64,000 nt of DNA from Candidatus Latescibacterota bacterium (lineage in GTDB: Bacteria > Latescibacterota > UBA2968): NCBI GenBank assembly GCA_965204745.1, contig OZ242010.1, positions 4,352,001-4,416,000 of the forward strand, written 5' to 3'. The notes below the pieces were generated by a model. The model did not search any database, was not told where the DNA came from, and saw only the letters and a program-made list of their open reading frames with translations. Numbering within the stretch: the first letter of the stretch is position 1; the number at the start of each line of letters is the position of its first letter. The translations under genes were made by a program, and so were the position numbers. Below, in pieces: positions 27,432 through 36,353 of this stretch.

Positions 27432-28364
27432 TCAAATTGGATTTTTGTCCGCGAGGTCGAGCGCGATTGAAATGATCGGACTATCGGCGGTTGAGCACGG
27501 GGATTCGCGTTCTCGAAATCCGATTTTTTGGTAAAAGATGCGCGCTGGATTGTCTTCTTTAACCTGAGCCTCAAGGGTGGTGGCGCCGCCGGCTGTTGCC
27601 CATTGGACAACGGCGCGCACGATTTGTTCGCCTAATTTTTGCCCCCGAACTTCGGGCGCGACCCACATGGCGGTCAGCACTGCCGCGTGGGGTGCCGTGC
27701 GATAACAACCCGCCATTCCGCCCGGCGCGTCATCTACATAAGCTATGAAATAGGCGCGATCCGACAATGTCGCATGGTCTCGCGCCATGTCGCGCCACTC
27801 GCTGTCGGTTCTTTTTTGGGCTTCTGCCAACGTTGTGCAAAAGGCATCGGCCGCGTCTTCAAGTGCGCGGAGGCGCGTGGCTTTGAGGATTTGCCATTGG
27901 CCCGCACGGATGCGGGCTATCGCGACGTTCACGGTTTGCTCCGGCAAAATTTTGGGATCGACAACCGTCAGTTCTCCCCTGCGGATGCTGCGGTAATAAC
28001 ACCCGTAGCGCGCCCGGCCATTTTCGCGGGTATGGCACGCGCCCTCGCCTTTGAGGCGCACGAGATAGAGCAGGGAATTTTGCTCGCAGTTGATGCGGAC
28101 ATCGATCAATTCGAGCGCGTTGCCAGATGTGCTACCCTTGATCCAGAGTTCATTGCGCGAGGTGCTCCAAAACGTTGCGACGCGGTGCTCAAGCGCGTGG
28201 TCAAGGGCCTGTTGATCGGCATAGCCGATCAGGAGAACGGCTTTGCTCTCCACGTCCTGCACCGCAACCGGAATGACCGGATGATCGGCCCGTGCAACTG
28301 CGCGGAGTTTTTCAAAGTCGAGGCGAATCTCGCTGCCTTCTTCGAGTGGGCGATCTATGGACAT
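27432..28364 (-). CDS. hisI: Phosphoribosyl-AMP cyclohydrolase (HisI) fused to a C-terminal GNAT acetyltransferase
   Basis: FWSTSRNELWIKGSTSGN, NCEQNSLL and GACHT..CYYR, then MWVAPEVRGQKLG and NPARIFYQKIGF in one frame. Confidence 0.82.
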   Translation of the reverse strand: MSIDRPLEEGSEIRLDFEKLRAVARADHPVIPVAVQDVESKAVLLIGYADQQALDHALEHRVATFWSTSRNELWIKGSTSGNALELIDVRINCEQNSLLYLVRLKGEGACHTRENGRARYGCYYRSIRRGELTVVDPKILPEQTVNVAIARIRAGQWQILKATRLRALEDAADAFCTTLAEAQKRTDSEWRDMARDHATLSDRAYFIAYVDDAPGGMAGCYRTAPHAAVLTAMWVAPEVRGQKLGEQIVRAVVQWATAGGATTLEAQVKEDNPARIFYQKIGFRERESPCSTADSPIISIALDLADKNPI

Positions 28365-28377
28365 AGCGATTTTCAAA

Positions 28378-28415
28378 ATAAAAAGCCCGCTGCCGAAAAC
28401 GCGACAGCGGGCTTG
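28378..28415 (-). terminator. Intrinsic terminator (possible attenuator) just upstream of hisI
   Basis: Minus strand AAGCCCGCTG...CAGCGGGCTTTTTATTTT. Confidence 0.75.
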
Positions 28416-28431
28416 TTCACAGGATGAATTT

Positions 28432-28572
28432 TTACCACATCTCCACCGCCGAGCGCGTTTGGCAAAAGGCCGCGTGATGGGTGAGACGGTCGACGAGTTG
28501 GACAAACGCATCCCCGACCGAAATCGCGTTCGGATTTGAGGGGATGATCGCATTGTCGATTCGCGTGTTCAT
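28432..28572 (-). CDS. Putative leaderless leader peptide (46 aa, contains His-His)
   Basis: Promoter TTGACG-17-TATTTT ends 6 nt before the ATG; ORF ...DRLTHHAAF...; followed by the terminator and hisI. Confidence 0.45.
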   Translation of the reverse strand: MNTRIDNAIIPSNPNAISVGDAFVQLVDRLTHHAAFCQTRSAVEMW

Positions 28573-28858
28573 AACGAAAAAATAGAAAGGTAGCGTCGTT
28601 GCGTCAAGGTTTTTTTCGACCAAAACAGAGAAATCGGGATATTGAGACTGCCAACTTATCGTTCAGGCTGTGGTGGGTACGGGGCGTCCGGCATCTGACG
28701 AGGGAAATTCCTCGATACTTTCGAGCAACTAGAGGGGTAGGTCTGAAAGCCCTGCAAATGCCGTTTGTTGAAAGACTTGATATTGTCGGGTAGGTGCGTT
28801 ATTTTGGGTCCGAATTGGGGATGATGGACTGCTAGCGAACGGGTATTGATAGGAGGGC

Positions 28859-29956
28859 ATGCTTATGAAAATCACGGGCGTTGATTTGATTCCGGTCGCA
28901 TCCAGACGCGAGACCGGGTCTGTGTCCCGACACGTCATTATTCGTCTGCATACGGATCATGGACTGATCGGCTTGGGCGAAATGTCCGATGTGGGCGACT
29001 GGGGTGTGATGTACGATCTCGATGATGTCAAGCGCGCGTACGAGTCCTTGCTCGTCGGAAGGGATCCCCGCGCGTGGCGTGCCATAGTCATCGCAGCGAG
29101 GTCGCGCCTGCGAATGGGTGGGGCGATTCGCGCGGGCTTCGAGATCGGGCTGTTCGATTTGATCGGCAAGATCCAAAACCAGTCGGTGGCGGGCATCTTC
29201 GGGGGTGCGTTGCGAAATGAGTTGCGCGTGTGCTACCCGATTTTCAGAAACCATTCGCGGCGAGATGCCGAGGAGAATATCGCGCGCGTCAATCGCCGCA
29301 TGAAAGAGGGGCAAGACCTGTTTCGGCTGTATCACGGGGGCAATTTGGAAGCGGACGAGATCTTTTTGGATGGCGTGAAATCGACCTGGGGAGATCAATT
29401 CGTGCTGAAATCCCTGGACTTCAGCGGCGGACTCAAATGGAAACGGGTGGTGCAAGCACTCGAGGTTCTGTTGAGATACTACGCGCCCATTCTCTTGGAG
29501 TCCGTCTCGGATCGCAAGGACCTCGAGGGCCAGTACGAGGTCCGCAAGCGGATTGACTTGCCCATCAGCGAGCACGTCAGTTCGATAAACCAAGCGTACG
29601 AATTTGCCCGACACCGGTACGTGGATATCTTCAACATCAGCCTCTCGGGCGCGGGTGGATTCACAACCGCGCTGCACATTGCCCAAGTCGCGGACGCCGC
29701 GGGCCTGTCGTGTTTGGTGGGAACGACGCAGGAACTTTCAATCGGCGTGGCCGCGCAGGCCATGTTCGGCTCGGTCGTGGAAAATCTCGATTATCCGGGC
29801 GATCCAACGGGTGGTTTGCTCTACGAGAGCGATGTGGTCAAAGAGCGCGTGCAGTACGAAAAGGGCCATCTGATCGTGCCCAAAGGGCCGGGGCTGGGCA
29901 TGGCGTTGGACGAGGAAAAACTCGGCGCGATTTCAGAGCCTTTGCGCTCTGGGTAG
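28859..29956 (+). CDS. Mandelate racemase/muconate lactonizing enzyme family (enolase superfamily)
   Basis: HTDHGLIGLGE, FEIGLFDLIGK, metal ligands D/E/E (SLDFS, LLESV, ISEH) and PKGPGLG. Confidence 0.85.
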   Translation: MLMKITGVDLIPVASRRETGSVSRHVIIRLHTDHGLIGLGEMSDVGDWGVMYDLDDVKRAYESLLVGRDPRAWRAIVIAARSRLRMGGAIRAGFEIGLFDLIGKIQNQSVAGIFGGALRNELRVCYPIFRNHSRRDAEENIARVNRRMKEGQDLFRLYHGGNLEADEIFLDGVKSTWGDQFVLKSLDFSGGLKWKRVVQALEVLLRYYAPILLESVSDRKDLEGQYEVRKRIDLPISEHVSSINQAYEFARHRYVDIFNISLSGAGGFTTALHIAQVADAAGLSCLVGTTQELSIGVAAQAMFGSVVENLDYPGDPTGGLLYESDVVKERVQYEKGHLIVPKGPGLGMALDEEKLGAISEPLRSG

Positions 29957-29967
29957 GAGGCGAAACC

Positions 29968-30795
29968 ATGGCGCGACCAAGGACTTGGTTGCCGGTTGAA
30001 GGCGCGGTTGACGAGATTCTCGCCCGGGTTCCCCGGCCGTTCGACGCGATGCGGGCGGGCGAGATTCCGGCTGTGATTGTGCGGCGCGCATTTCCGGCAG
30101 AGCACTGCGCGGCACTCATCGCGCGGTTTTACAAACGCGGTCTCCTGTACGACCCGCGCGAAAAGGGCGAACCCCGCCGCGTTGACATCGGCACGAGCTT
30201 GGGCCATCTCGCCCGCGATCCTGACGCCTTCTACGACCATGCGCGGCAGACCCACGCCCTCTTCGCGTCCCTCTTCAACGGGTTCGATGATCCGGTGCAA
30301 ACGCTCTACGACGCGCTCGCCAAAATGCTTCCGCACAAGCGGGTGATGACAGCGCGTAGCCCTGACGGTCGGCTTTACGGCCCCGCGATTTTCAGAACCT
30401 ACTATGAGGGGTTGGGCCACTATCCGCATTATGATTCCGTATCCAAGCGGTCCAAACGCTACGAATTTTCCGCGTCTCGATTCGACCATCAGTTCGCGGG
30501 TGTGCTCTGCTTTCAGAACAGCGAAGTCCGAGGCGACAGCGGGGAGGGCATCCTGTACAACGCGCCCATGGCGCCCGAGTTTCAAGGCCCGCTCGACGAA
30601 AAGCGGTTTCGGGAATACGCGGATCAGCAGGGCATTGCGCGCGTGCAAGTCCACCTCGAACCGGGGGATCTCTACTTTTTTTATTCCGAGACGATTCACG
30701 AAGTCCCCTTTGTCGTCGGCGATGTGCCGCGCGTCGTCCTCGCGTCGTTCATCGGTATGTCCGAGGACGATCCCGAGGTCTATGTCTGGTCTTGA
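29968..30795 (+). CDS. Putative 2OG-Fe(II) oxygenase
   Basis: HYD (HxD) ... GDLYFF..ETIHEV ... PRVV facial-triad pattern. Confidence 0.65.
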   Translation: MARPRTWLPVEGAVDEILARVPRPFDAMRAGEIPAVIVRRAFPAEHCAALIARFYKRGLLYDPREKGEPRRVDIGTSLGHLARDPDAFYDHARQTHALFASLFNGFDDPVQTLYDALAKMLPHKRVMTARSPDGRLYGPAIFRTYYEGLGHYPHYDSVSKRSKRYEFSASRFDHQFAGVLCFQNSEVRGDSGEGILYNAPMAPEFQGPLDEKRFREYADQQGIARVQVHLEPGDLYFFYSETIHEVPFVVGDVPRVVLASFIGMSEDDPEVYVWS

Positions 30796-30814
30796 AGGCG
30801 ATCAGCTCCGCACT

Positions 30815-30966
30815 TCGGTGAGACGTAAGAGGGGAGAGGCAAGAGGGGAGAGGGGATTTTAGCCACAAAAGGCACAAAAGGCACAAAAGGTGAGCAGTGT
30901 GTAGGGGCAATGCCCCTGTGCTCGCCCAAAGCGGTGAGAGGGGAGAAGTAAGAGGGGAGAAGTAAG
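30815..30966. repeat. Composite intergenic repeat, left part (heptamers, GGCACAAAA triplet, GTAG REP-like hairpin), interrupted by IS110
   Basis: Same modules at 35985-36260 and 45578-45775; continues at 32258-32390. Confidence 0.85.
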
Positions 30967-30982
30967 ATACTCTCTTAAAAGG

Positions 30983-31990
30983 TCAAGGGGTTTTCGGGGT
31001 GATTCGATAGAATTTTTCGCCCTCAAAATCTTGGTCATGGCGCAACATGCCCCAGATCGAATGGAGCAACTTTCGCATCACCGCAACGATAGCCTGCAAA
31101 GGTTTCTTGCCGCGGGCGATGAGTTGGTCATAGAAGGCTTTGACATGGCCTTCGTGTCTGATGGCCACCCAGGCAGGCATATAGAGGGCATGGCGGAGGT
31201 ACTTATTCCCGGTTTTCGAGATGCGTCTTTGTGGATTGGCGGTTCCGGATTGTTTGGGTTTGGGATCCAGGCCTGCATGTGCGACCCACTGGGGCGGTTG
31301 CATCTCCTCTGGCAAAAGGGTCAACTCGGCCAAGAGCCGCAAGGCACTCGTTTGCGCGATGCCAGGCGTCGAGCAGAGGCGTTGGTAGGCACGCTTGAGG
31401 GGCTCATCGTGCAAAACGAGATCGAGGGCTTGGCTTTCCAAGTATGCAATCCGGCGTTTGAAGTGTCGAATATTCACCTGAATATCGCGTGCGATGAGAC
31501 GTGTGCTGCGGATGTGGTAGCTCTGCGCGTGGTTGCGGCTCTGTTCGCGGATGATCTCCTGCTTGAGTTGGTCAATGCGTCTGGTGAGGGCTTGCAGTTG
31601 AAGCCGTTGCTCGCTCGGCGCTTGCCAAGGCACAAAAGGCATGCGCTCGGCATAGTCGAGGATCAACAACGCATCCTTCGCATCCGTCTTCGCCCGTTGC
31701 ATGCAGGCTTGGGCGTACTTGCTCATCGCTTTGGGATTGACGACCATGACCTTTGTGTGGCGATGCCGATGCAAGGCCAAGGCCACCCCCAAACTGTAAA
31801 GCCCGGTCGCTTCGAGGCACACAGAGACCATGTGCCCGCCCTTCGTGAGCCACTTCAGCAACCGCTTATGCGCTTGGGGATCATTGGCAAAGGTCGCTTG
31901 CATGACAGCTTGTCCGGGTCTGGACAGGGCAACGGACAACGTGCGGGCACTGACATCAATGCCGGCAAAAGCGGGGTGAGATTTCGACAT
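30983..31990 (-). CDS. IS110-family recombinase/transposase
   Basis: DEDD RuvC-like motifs AGIDVS, CLEATG, KTDAKDA; C-terminal PGIA, QSGT (Ser) and AVMRKLL; AGGAGG RBS. Confidence 0.95.
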   Translation of the reverse strand: MSKSHPAFAGIDVSARTLSVALSRPGQAVMQATFANDPQAHKRLLKWLTKGGHMVSVCLEATGLYSLGVALALHRHRHTKVMVVNPKAMSKYAQACMQRAKTDAKDALLILDYAERMPFVPWQAPSEQRLQLQALTRRIDQLKQEIIREQSRNHAQSYHIRSTRLIARDIQVNIRHFKRRIAYLESQALDLVLHDEPLKRAYQRLCSTPGIAQTSALRLLAELTLLPEEMQPPQWVAHAGLDPKPKQSGTANPQRRISKTGNKYLRHALYMPAWVAIRHEGHVKAFYDQLIARGKKPLQAIVAVMRKLLHSIWGMLRHDQDFEGEKFYRITPKTP

Positions 31991-32044
31991 GGGGGCCTCC
32001 TGTGATGAGGGGGTTGTAAGGGATCTGGTGCGCGCTCGGGGTCG

Positions 32045-32245
32045 CGTCCCGACCATTGACGCCAAGTCTACCGGTCTTGTATATGCAGCCTCAAGGGGCT
32101 TAGATACTCTTCGGCATAGACCCGGCGGTCGGGGGGCCTATCTTACCTACAAGGTCATCGCCTTCAAGAGGGGCCGGCCTTCCCCGAGCCGGGCATCAAG
32201 ATGGCTTATCTCGATACGAGGGCGCAACTCCTAATTAACCCTTAC
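32045..32245 (-). ncRNA. Putative bridge RNA
   Basis: In order: GGCCCCTCT (32175-67), GTAAG (32146-42), AGAGTATCT (32110-02), ATACAAG (32082-76). These match target-left, target-right, donor-left and donor-right. Confidence 0.8.
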
Positions 32246-32416
32246 TTCCAAGATACAAGAGGGGAGAAGGCCACCGCGCTGTTCCTCAAGTGGTCAGTGG
32301 TCAGTCCGCCCCGCACAACCCCGTTCCGTTGATGTGCTTTTGAACTGGCTGTCGCCAGTTGTACCCCGCTCGTAGCGAAACTCGTCGTTCATCTCATTTT
32401 TTTTCAGGATTTCATC

Positions 32417-33418
32417 ATGAACCGACCTCCCGAATCCTTTGTGCGCGTGCGTGAAGATCGGCTTTTGGATTTTGCCAAGGCTTGTTTTGAAAAGGCCGGG
32501 CTTGACGCGGATCACGCGGGGATCATCGCACGCCTCCTCGTCAACAGCGATCTGCGCGGGGTTCGCAGCCACGGCACGCGAACCGTCAACGGGTATTGCA
32601 AGAGTTTTGAAAACGGGCACGCCAACCCGCGGCCCAATGTGCGGGTGTTGCACGAGACCCCGACGTGTGCGGTCATCGATGGCGATGGCACGCTCGGGTA
32701 TCTCCCAATGGTGCGCGCGGCAGAACACGCGATTCGCAAAGCCGAGGAACTCGGCATGGGCATGGGCTTGGCGCGGCACATCGGGCATATCGGATCCGCG
32801 GGCCACTATGCGCGGATGTGTTCCGAGGCGGGATGTATTGGTTTTTGCGTTCAAGGCAAACAACACGGCAAGGCGGACAATGACAGCAGGGGGCGGCAAC
32901 TCGGGTACTTTGGCAATCCGCCTATCTGCTTTGCCCTGCCCTCGGGCGACGAGCCGCCGGTGGTGCTCGACGCGGCGACCTGCATCTTGGCGGATTACCA
33001 GCGCGGGGCAACGTTCGACGCCCTGCTCGAAGTGATCCCGGCAGCGTTCTTCAAGAGCATCGGGTACACGGCGGTTGCGGCACTCATCGGCGGGGGATTG
33101 GCTGGCGTCAGTCTGCGGTCCTCCCGTGCCATCGAGGAGAAATGGCGCGCAACGGGCGCGGGGGGTTGCGTCATTGCCATCGATGTCGATGCAGTGATTC
33201 CGGGCGAGATCTTTCGTGAGGAATCGGACCGCATGGTTCGAGATGTCCGCAAGACGTACGACCCCATGCCGGGATATGACCGCGCGCTTTTGCCCGGTGC
33301 TATCGAAGAAGAACACCTGGCCCGGCACCGCGCCGAGGGCATCCGCTATGGCGAGATGGAGCAGGAAAACGCACGGGAAGTCAGCGTGCGATTGGGCGTG
33401 CCTCTGCCCTGGGATTGA
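32417..33418 (+). CDS. Ldh_2-family oxidoreductase (malate/L-lactate/L-sulfolactate dehydrogenase-like)
   Basis: SDLRGVRSHG, IDGDGTLG, GHIGSAGHY and FGNPPICFA motifs. Confidence 0.88.
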   Translation: MNRPPESFVRVREDRLLDFAKACFEKAGLDADHAGIIARLLVNSDLRGVRSHGTRTVNGYCKSFENGHANPRPNVRVLHETPTCAVIDGDGTLGYLPMVRAAEHAIRKAEELGMGMGLARHIGHIGSAGHYARMCSEAGCIGFCVQGKQHGKADNDSRGRQLGYFGNPPICFALPSGDEPPVVLDAATCILADYQRGATFDALLEVIPAAFFKSIGYTAVAALIGGGLAGVSLRSSRAIEEKWRATGAGGCVIAIDVDAVIPGEIFREESDRMVRDVRKTYDPMPGYDRALLPGAIEEEHLARHRAEGIRYGEMEQENAREVSVRLGVPLPWD

Positions 33419-33451
33419 TGCGAGTGAGACCGCTGAAAAAAAGAAACATCC

Positions 33452-33560
33452 ATGCAACCCAACATCATCATCTTCCTCGTTGACGACATGGGCACGGGCG
33501 ATACGAGTGCCTATCAGGATTGGACGGGCAACCGAGCCGACGAGCAACTCCACTTGACAA
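33452..33560 (+). pseudogene. Truncated sulfatase 5' stub
   Basis: MQPNIIIFLVDDMGTGDTSAYQDWTGN... breaks off before the CxPxR motif, at the tRNA 3' end. Confidence 0.7.
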
Positions 33561-33568
33561 TAAAAAAA

Positions 33569-33641
33569 TGCGCCCACAGGGAATCGAACCCCGAACCTAC
33601 TGATTAAGAGTCAGTTGCTCTACCAGTTGAGCTATGGGCGC
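33569..33641 (-). tRNA. tRNA-Lys(CTT), CCA not encoded
   Basis: GCGCCCATAGCTCAACTGGTAGAGCAACTGACT-CTT-AATCAGTAGGTTCGGGGTTCGATTCCCTGTGGGCGCA. Confidence 0.97.
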
Positions 33642-33657
33642 ATACAATAGCGGTGAA

Positions 33658-33686
33658 AATGTAAAAAAGCCCAAGGGCAATGTCAA
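33658..33686 (-). promoter_or_regulatory. tRNA promoter
   Basis: TTGACA-17 bp-TACATT. Confidence 0.75.
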
Positions 33687-33689
33687 GCC

Positions 33690-34169
33690 TCATCTTGAAT
33701 CTGATCTGCCGCGGACATAGGTGCCACTTTGCCCGCCGCTTTTGCTTAGCAGGCAGATGTCGCCGATGACCATGTTGCGGTCCGCGGCTTTGCACATGTC
33801 GTAAATCGTCAGCAGGGCCACGCTGACCGCGGTTAGGGCTTCCATCTCCACGCCCGTGCGCCCGGGCACGCGCACACATGCGGTCGCCGCAATGCCTGCA
33901 TCGTCCATCTCAAAGCGCAGATCGACGCCCGTAATGCCCAAGGGGTGACACATGGGAATGAGGTCAGATGCGCGCTTGGCGGCCATCACCCCGGCAATGC
34001 GCGCTGTTTCCAAGACATTGCCCTTGGGTGCTTGTCCGCCGGTGATGAGTTGCAGGGTCTCGGGTTGCATCGAGATCTTGCCCGCCGCCGTGGCCTCGCG
34101 GTCCGTCACTGTTTTATCCGTGACATCCACCATCTTCACATTGCCCTGTGGGTCGATATGCGTCAACAT
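33690..34169 (-). CDS. moaC: Cyclic pyranopterin monophosphate synthase
   Basis: [27 protein letters not shown] and IYDMCKA motifs. Confidence 0.97.
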   Translation of the reverse strand: MLTHIDPQGNVKMVDVTDKTVTDREATAAGKISMQPETLQLITGGQAPKGNVLETARIAGVMAAKRASDLIPMCHPLGITGVDLRFEMDDAGIAATACVRVPGRTGVEMEALTAVSVALLTIYDMCKAADRNMVIGDICLLSKSGGQSGTYVRGRSDSR

Positions 34170-34172
34170 GTT

Positions 34173-35972
34173 CTACTCCCATTCCACTGTGCCGGGGGGT
34201 TTGTGCGTGATGTCGTAACACACGGCAGCAATGCCCGGCAACTTCAGAATAGCGGCGGCTATCTCGCGCACCAAGTCGCGGGGCAAGGCGGCGAATCGCG
34301 CGGTCATAAAATCCGGCGTCGTAATCGGGCGCAAAATCGCGATCTCATCTCGTCCGTCTGTGGTGACAGGTGCCAACGCGGTCGGCATCTGCGATACAGA
34401 GGCCATGAGGCCCGCCTGTTCGAGGGCGCGCATGGCAATCGCGTCTGCCCGACGCAAGAGATCGAGGCGTTGCCGGGTTGTGAATGCGCGCTTGAGGCGC
34501 GTTTTGGGCGGCGCGTCTGGCGCGATGAGATACACCACGCGGTTGATGCTCGGAATGCTGTTGGTGATCCGCGTGGACACATCTTCGAGCACGGGCCAAT
34601 CCGCGGGGCCGGCCACGAGTGCGGGATGCGAGTACGTGCGAAAATCGCCTTGCACGCCCACGCTTTTGACGGGCAAAAGTTGCAGGTGCAAACCCGCCTC
34701 AGCCGCGATAGCGGACGCGGCCCGTTCTGCGACTTTGACCTCGTCCTTTGGCCCTCGTCCGTCCGAACACAAACAGCGCACGGCCAGGCCGGGGCCGGGA
34801 AACGGATGCCGCCAAATTAGGTGGTCGGGCAACCCCAACTCGCGGCCGAGTTCGCGCACCTCGTCTTTGTACAACTGCGCCAAGGGTTCCACGACCTTGC
34901 CCTGTGCGATCAATTCGTCGATCATGCCGATGCGGTTGTGGTGCGTCTTGATCAACGCGGCGTGCGTGCTACCTCCGGATTCGATGGTATCCGGATAGAG
35001 CGTGCCCTGCGCCAACACCCAGTCCTCTGCCTTGAGGTGCAATGTCGCCATGACGTCGTCTTTCACCGCCAAAAAGGTTCGCCCAATGGCCTCGCGCTTG
35101 GCTTCTGGATCGGTCAATCCCTCCACGCTCAGCAAAAAATCATCGCTGGCATCTTCGACCATCAAATTGTCAAACCCCTCTTTTTTCAGAAACGTTTTGA
35201 CCGCAGCGGTTTCGCGTGCGCGCATAAACCCGTTGTCGATGTGCAAGCCCAACACGCGATCCGCGCCGAGAGCCCTGTTGCACAGCACAAAAGCCACCGA
35301 CGAATCCACGCCGCCAGACACGAGCAAAAACACGTTGCGCTCGCCCACTTGTGCGCGCAGGTCTGCCATCAGTGTGTCTGCGTAATTGCCCATCGTCCAA
35401 GTGCGGGCCGCGTTGCAGATCGCCAAAAAATTGTCGAAAATATCCAACCCGCGTGGGGTGTGCGCCACTTCCGGGTGAAATTGCAAGCCGTAAATGTGAC
35501 GCTGGACATCGCCAATCGCAGCAGCGGGACAAGCCTCGGTCACGCCCAAAATTTCAAACCCGTCGGGCAATGTTGAGACGACGTCGCCGTGGCTCATCCA
35601 AACTTCCAGCGCGTCGCCAAGCCCGGCGAACAAGGCGGCTTCGCCCGCGACGTGCAATGTGGCAGACCCGTATTCTCGCACATCGCCGGGAACGACCTCG
35701 CCGCCCATCTGCACGCACAACAACTGATGCCCGTAACACAGGCCGAGGATGGGCACGGGCATGTCCAACACTTCGGCGTTGAACGCGGGCGGATCCGGAT
35801 CGTACACGCTCGCAGGGCCACCGGATAAGATCAAGCCGGAAACCCCGCGCAATGATGCGGGATCGACATGCGGCGGAAAAATTTCGGCATAGACCCGCAA
35901 CCTGCGAATCCGATTGGCGATCAGGTGGGCGTACTGCCCGCCAAAATCGAGGATGGCGATGCCGGTGGGCAT
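34173..35972 (-). CDS. guaA: Glutamine-hydrolysing GMP synthase (long form, 599 aa)
   Basis: LDFGGQY, GLCYGHQ, QFHPEV, SGGVDS, IKTHHN, HPFPGPGL and KPPGTVEWE motifs. Confidence 0.96.
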   Translation of the reverse strand: MPTGIAILDFGGQYAHLIANRIRRLRVYAEIFPPHVDPASLRGVSGLILSGGPASVYDPDPPAFNAEVLDMPVPILGLCYGHQLLCVQMGGEVVPGDVREYGSATLHVAGEAALFAGLGDALEVWMSHGDVVSTLPDGFEILGVTEACPAAAIGDVQRHIYGLQFHPEVAHTPRGLDIFDNFLAICNAARTWTMGNYADTLMADLRAQVGERNVFLLVSGGVDSSVAFVLCNRALGADRVLGLHIDNGFMRARETAAVKTFLKKEGFDNLMVEDASDDFLLSVEGLTDPEAKREAIGRTFLAVKDDVMATLHLKAEDWVLAQGTLYPDTIESGGSTHAALIKTHHNRIGMIDELIAQGKVVEPLAQLYKDEVRELGRELGLPDHLIWRHPFPGPGLAVRCLCSDGRGPKDEVKVAERAASAIAAEAGLHLQLLPVKSVGVQGDFRTYSHPALVAGPADWPVLEDVSTRITNSIPSINRVVYLIAPDAPPKTRLKRAFTTRQRLDLLRRADAIAMRALEQAGLMASVSQMPTALAPVTTDGRDEIAILRPITTPDFMTARFAALPRDLVREIAAAILKLPGIAAVCYDITHKPPGTVEWE

Positions 35973-35984
35973 GGGGACTCCGTA

Positions 35985-36260
35985 AGGTGAGAGGGAAGTT
36001 TAGCCACGAGCGGGGTAAAACTGGCGACAGCCAGTTCAAAGGCACAAAAGGCACAAAAGGGGTACAACTGGCGGTAGCCCGTTCAAAAGCGGGCAGTGTG
36101 TAGGGGCGATGCCCCTGTGCTCGCCCAAAGATACAAGAGGCAAGAGGGAAGAGGCAAGAGGGGAGAAGGCTACCGCGCTATCCCTCTCAAGTCGTCAGTT
36201 GTCAGTTGTCAGTTGTCAGTTGTCAGTTGTCAGTTGTCAGTTGTCAGTTGTCAGTCCGCC
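35985..36260. repeat. Composite intergenic repeat ending in a perfect (GTCAGTT)n tract (~36193-36256)
   Basis: Uninterrupted homolog of the IS110-occupied locus. Confidence 0.88.
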
Positions 36261-36353
36261 CAACCCCCAACACCTTCGGGGTTGGTACTCACAAGGGCCG
36301 ATGCAACAGGGAGCACAATACACCTTTTTTTACTTGGCGAGCCAAACTACTGA

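Larger units (their letters stand above)
30965..32259 (-). mobile_element. Complete IS110-family element (IS621-like bridge recombinase) with a CT core at both junctions
   Basis: Cores at 32259-32258 and 30966-30965; the empty site restores a perfect 14-bp tandem; the circle junction forms TTGACC-18-TATCTT. Confidence 0.9.

Noticed and set aside
28378-28600. T-box riboswitch upstream of hisI
   Set aside because: No UGGNACC T-box bulge or recognisable stem I was found.
32251-32252. Alternative IS110 left boundary at the inner CT (TGTAT-CT|TGGAAG)
   Set aside because: The outer CT (32259-58) gives a 7/7 donor-guide match, a junction promoter and a perfect empty-site repeat. The inner one gives none of these.
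33569-33641. Prophage or integrative element at tRNA-Lys
   Set aside because: No integrase and no duplicated tRNA 3' end seen in the window.
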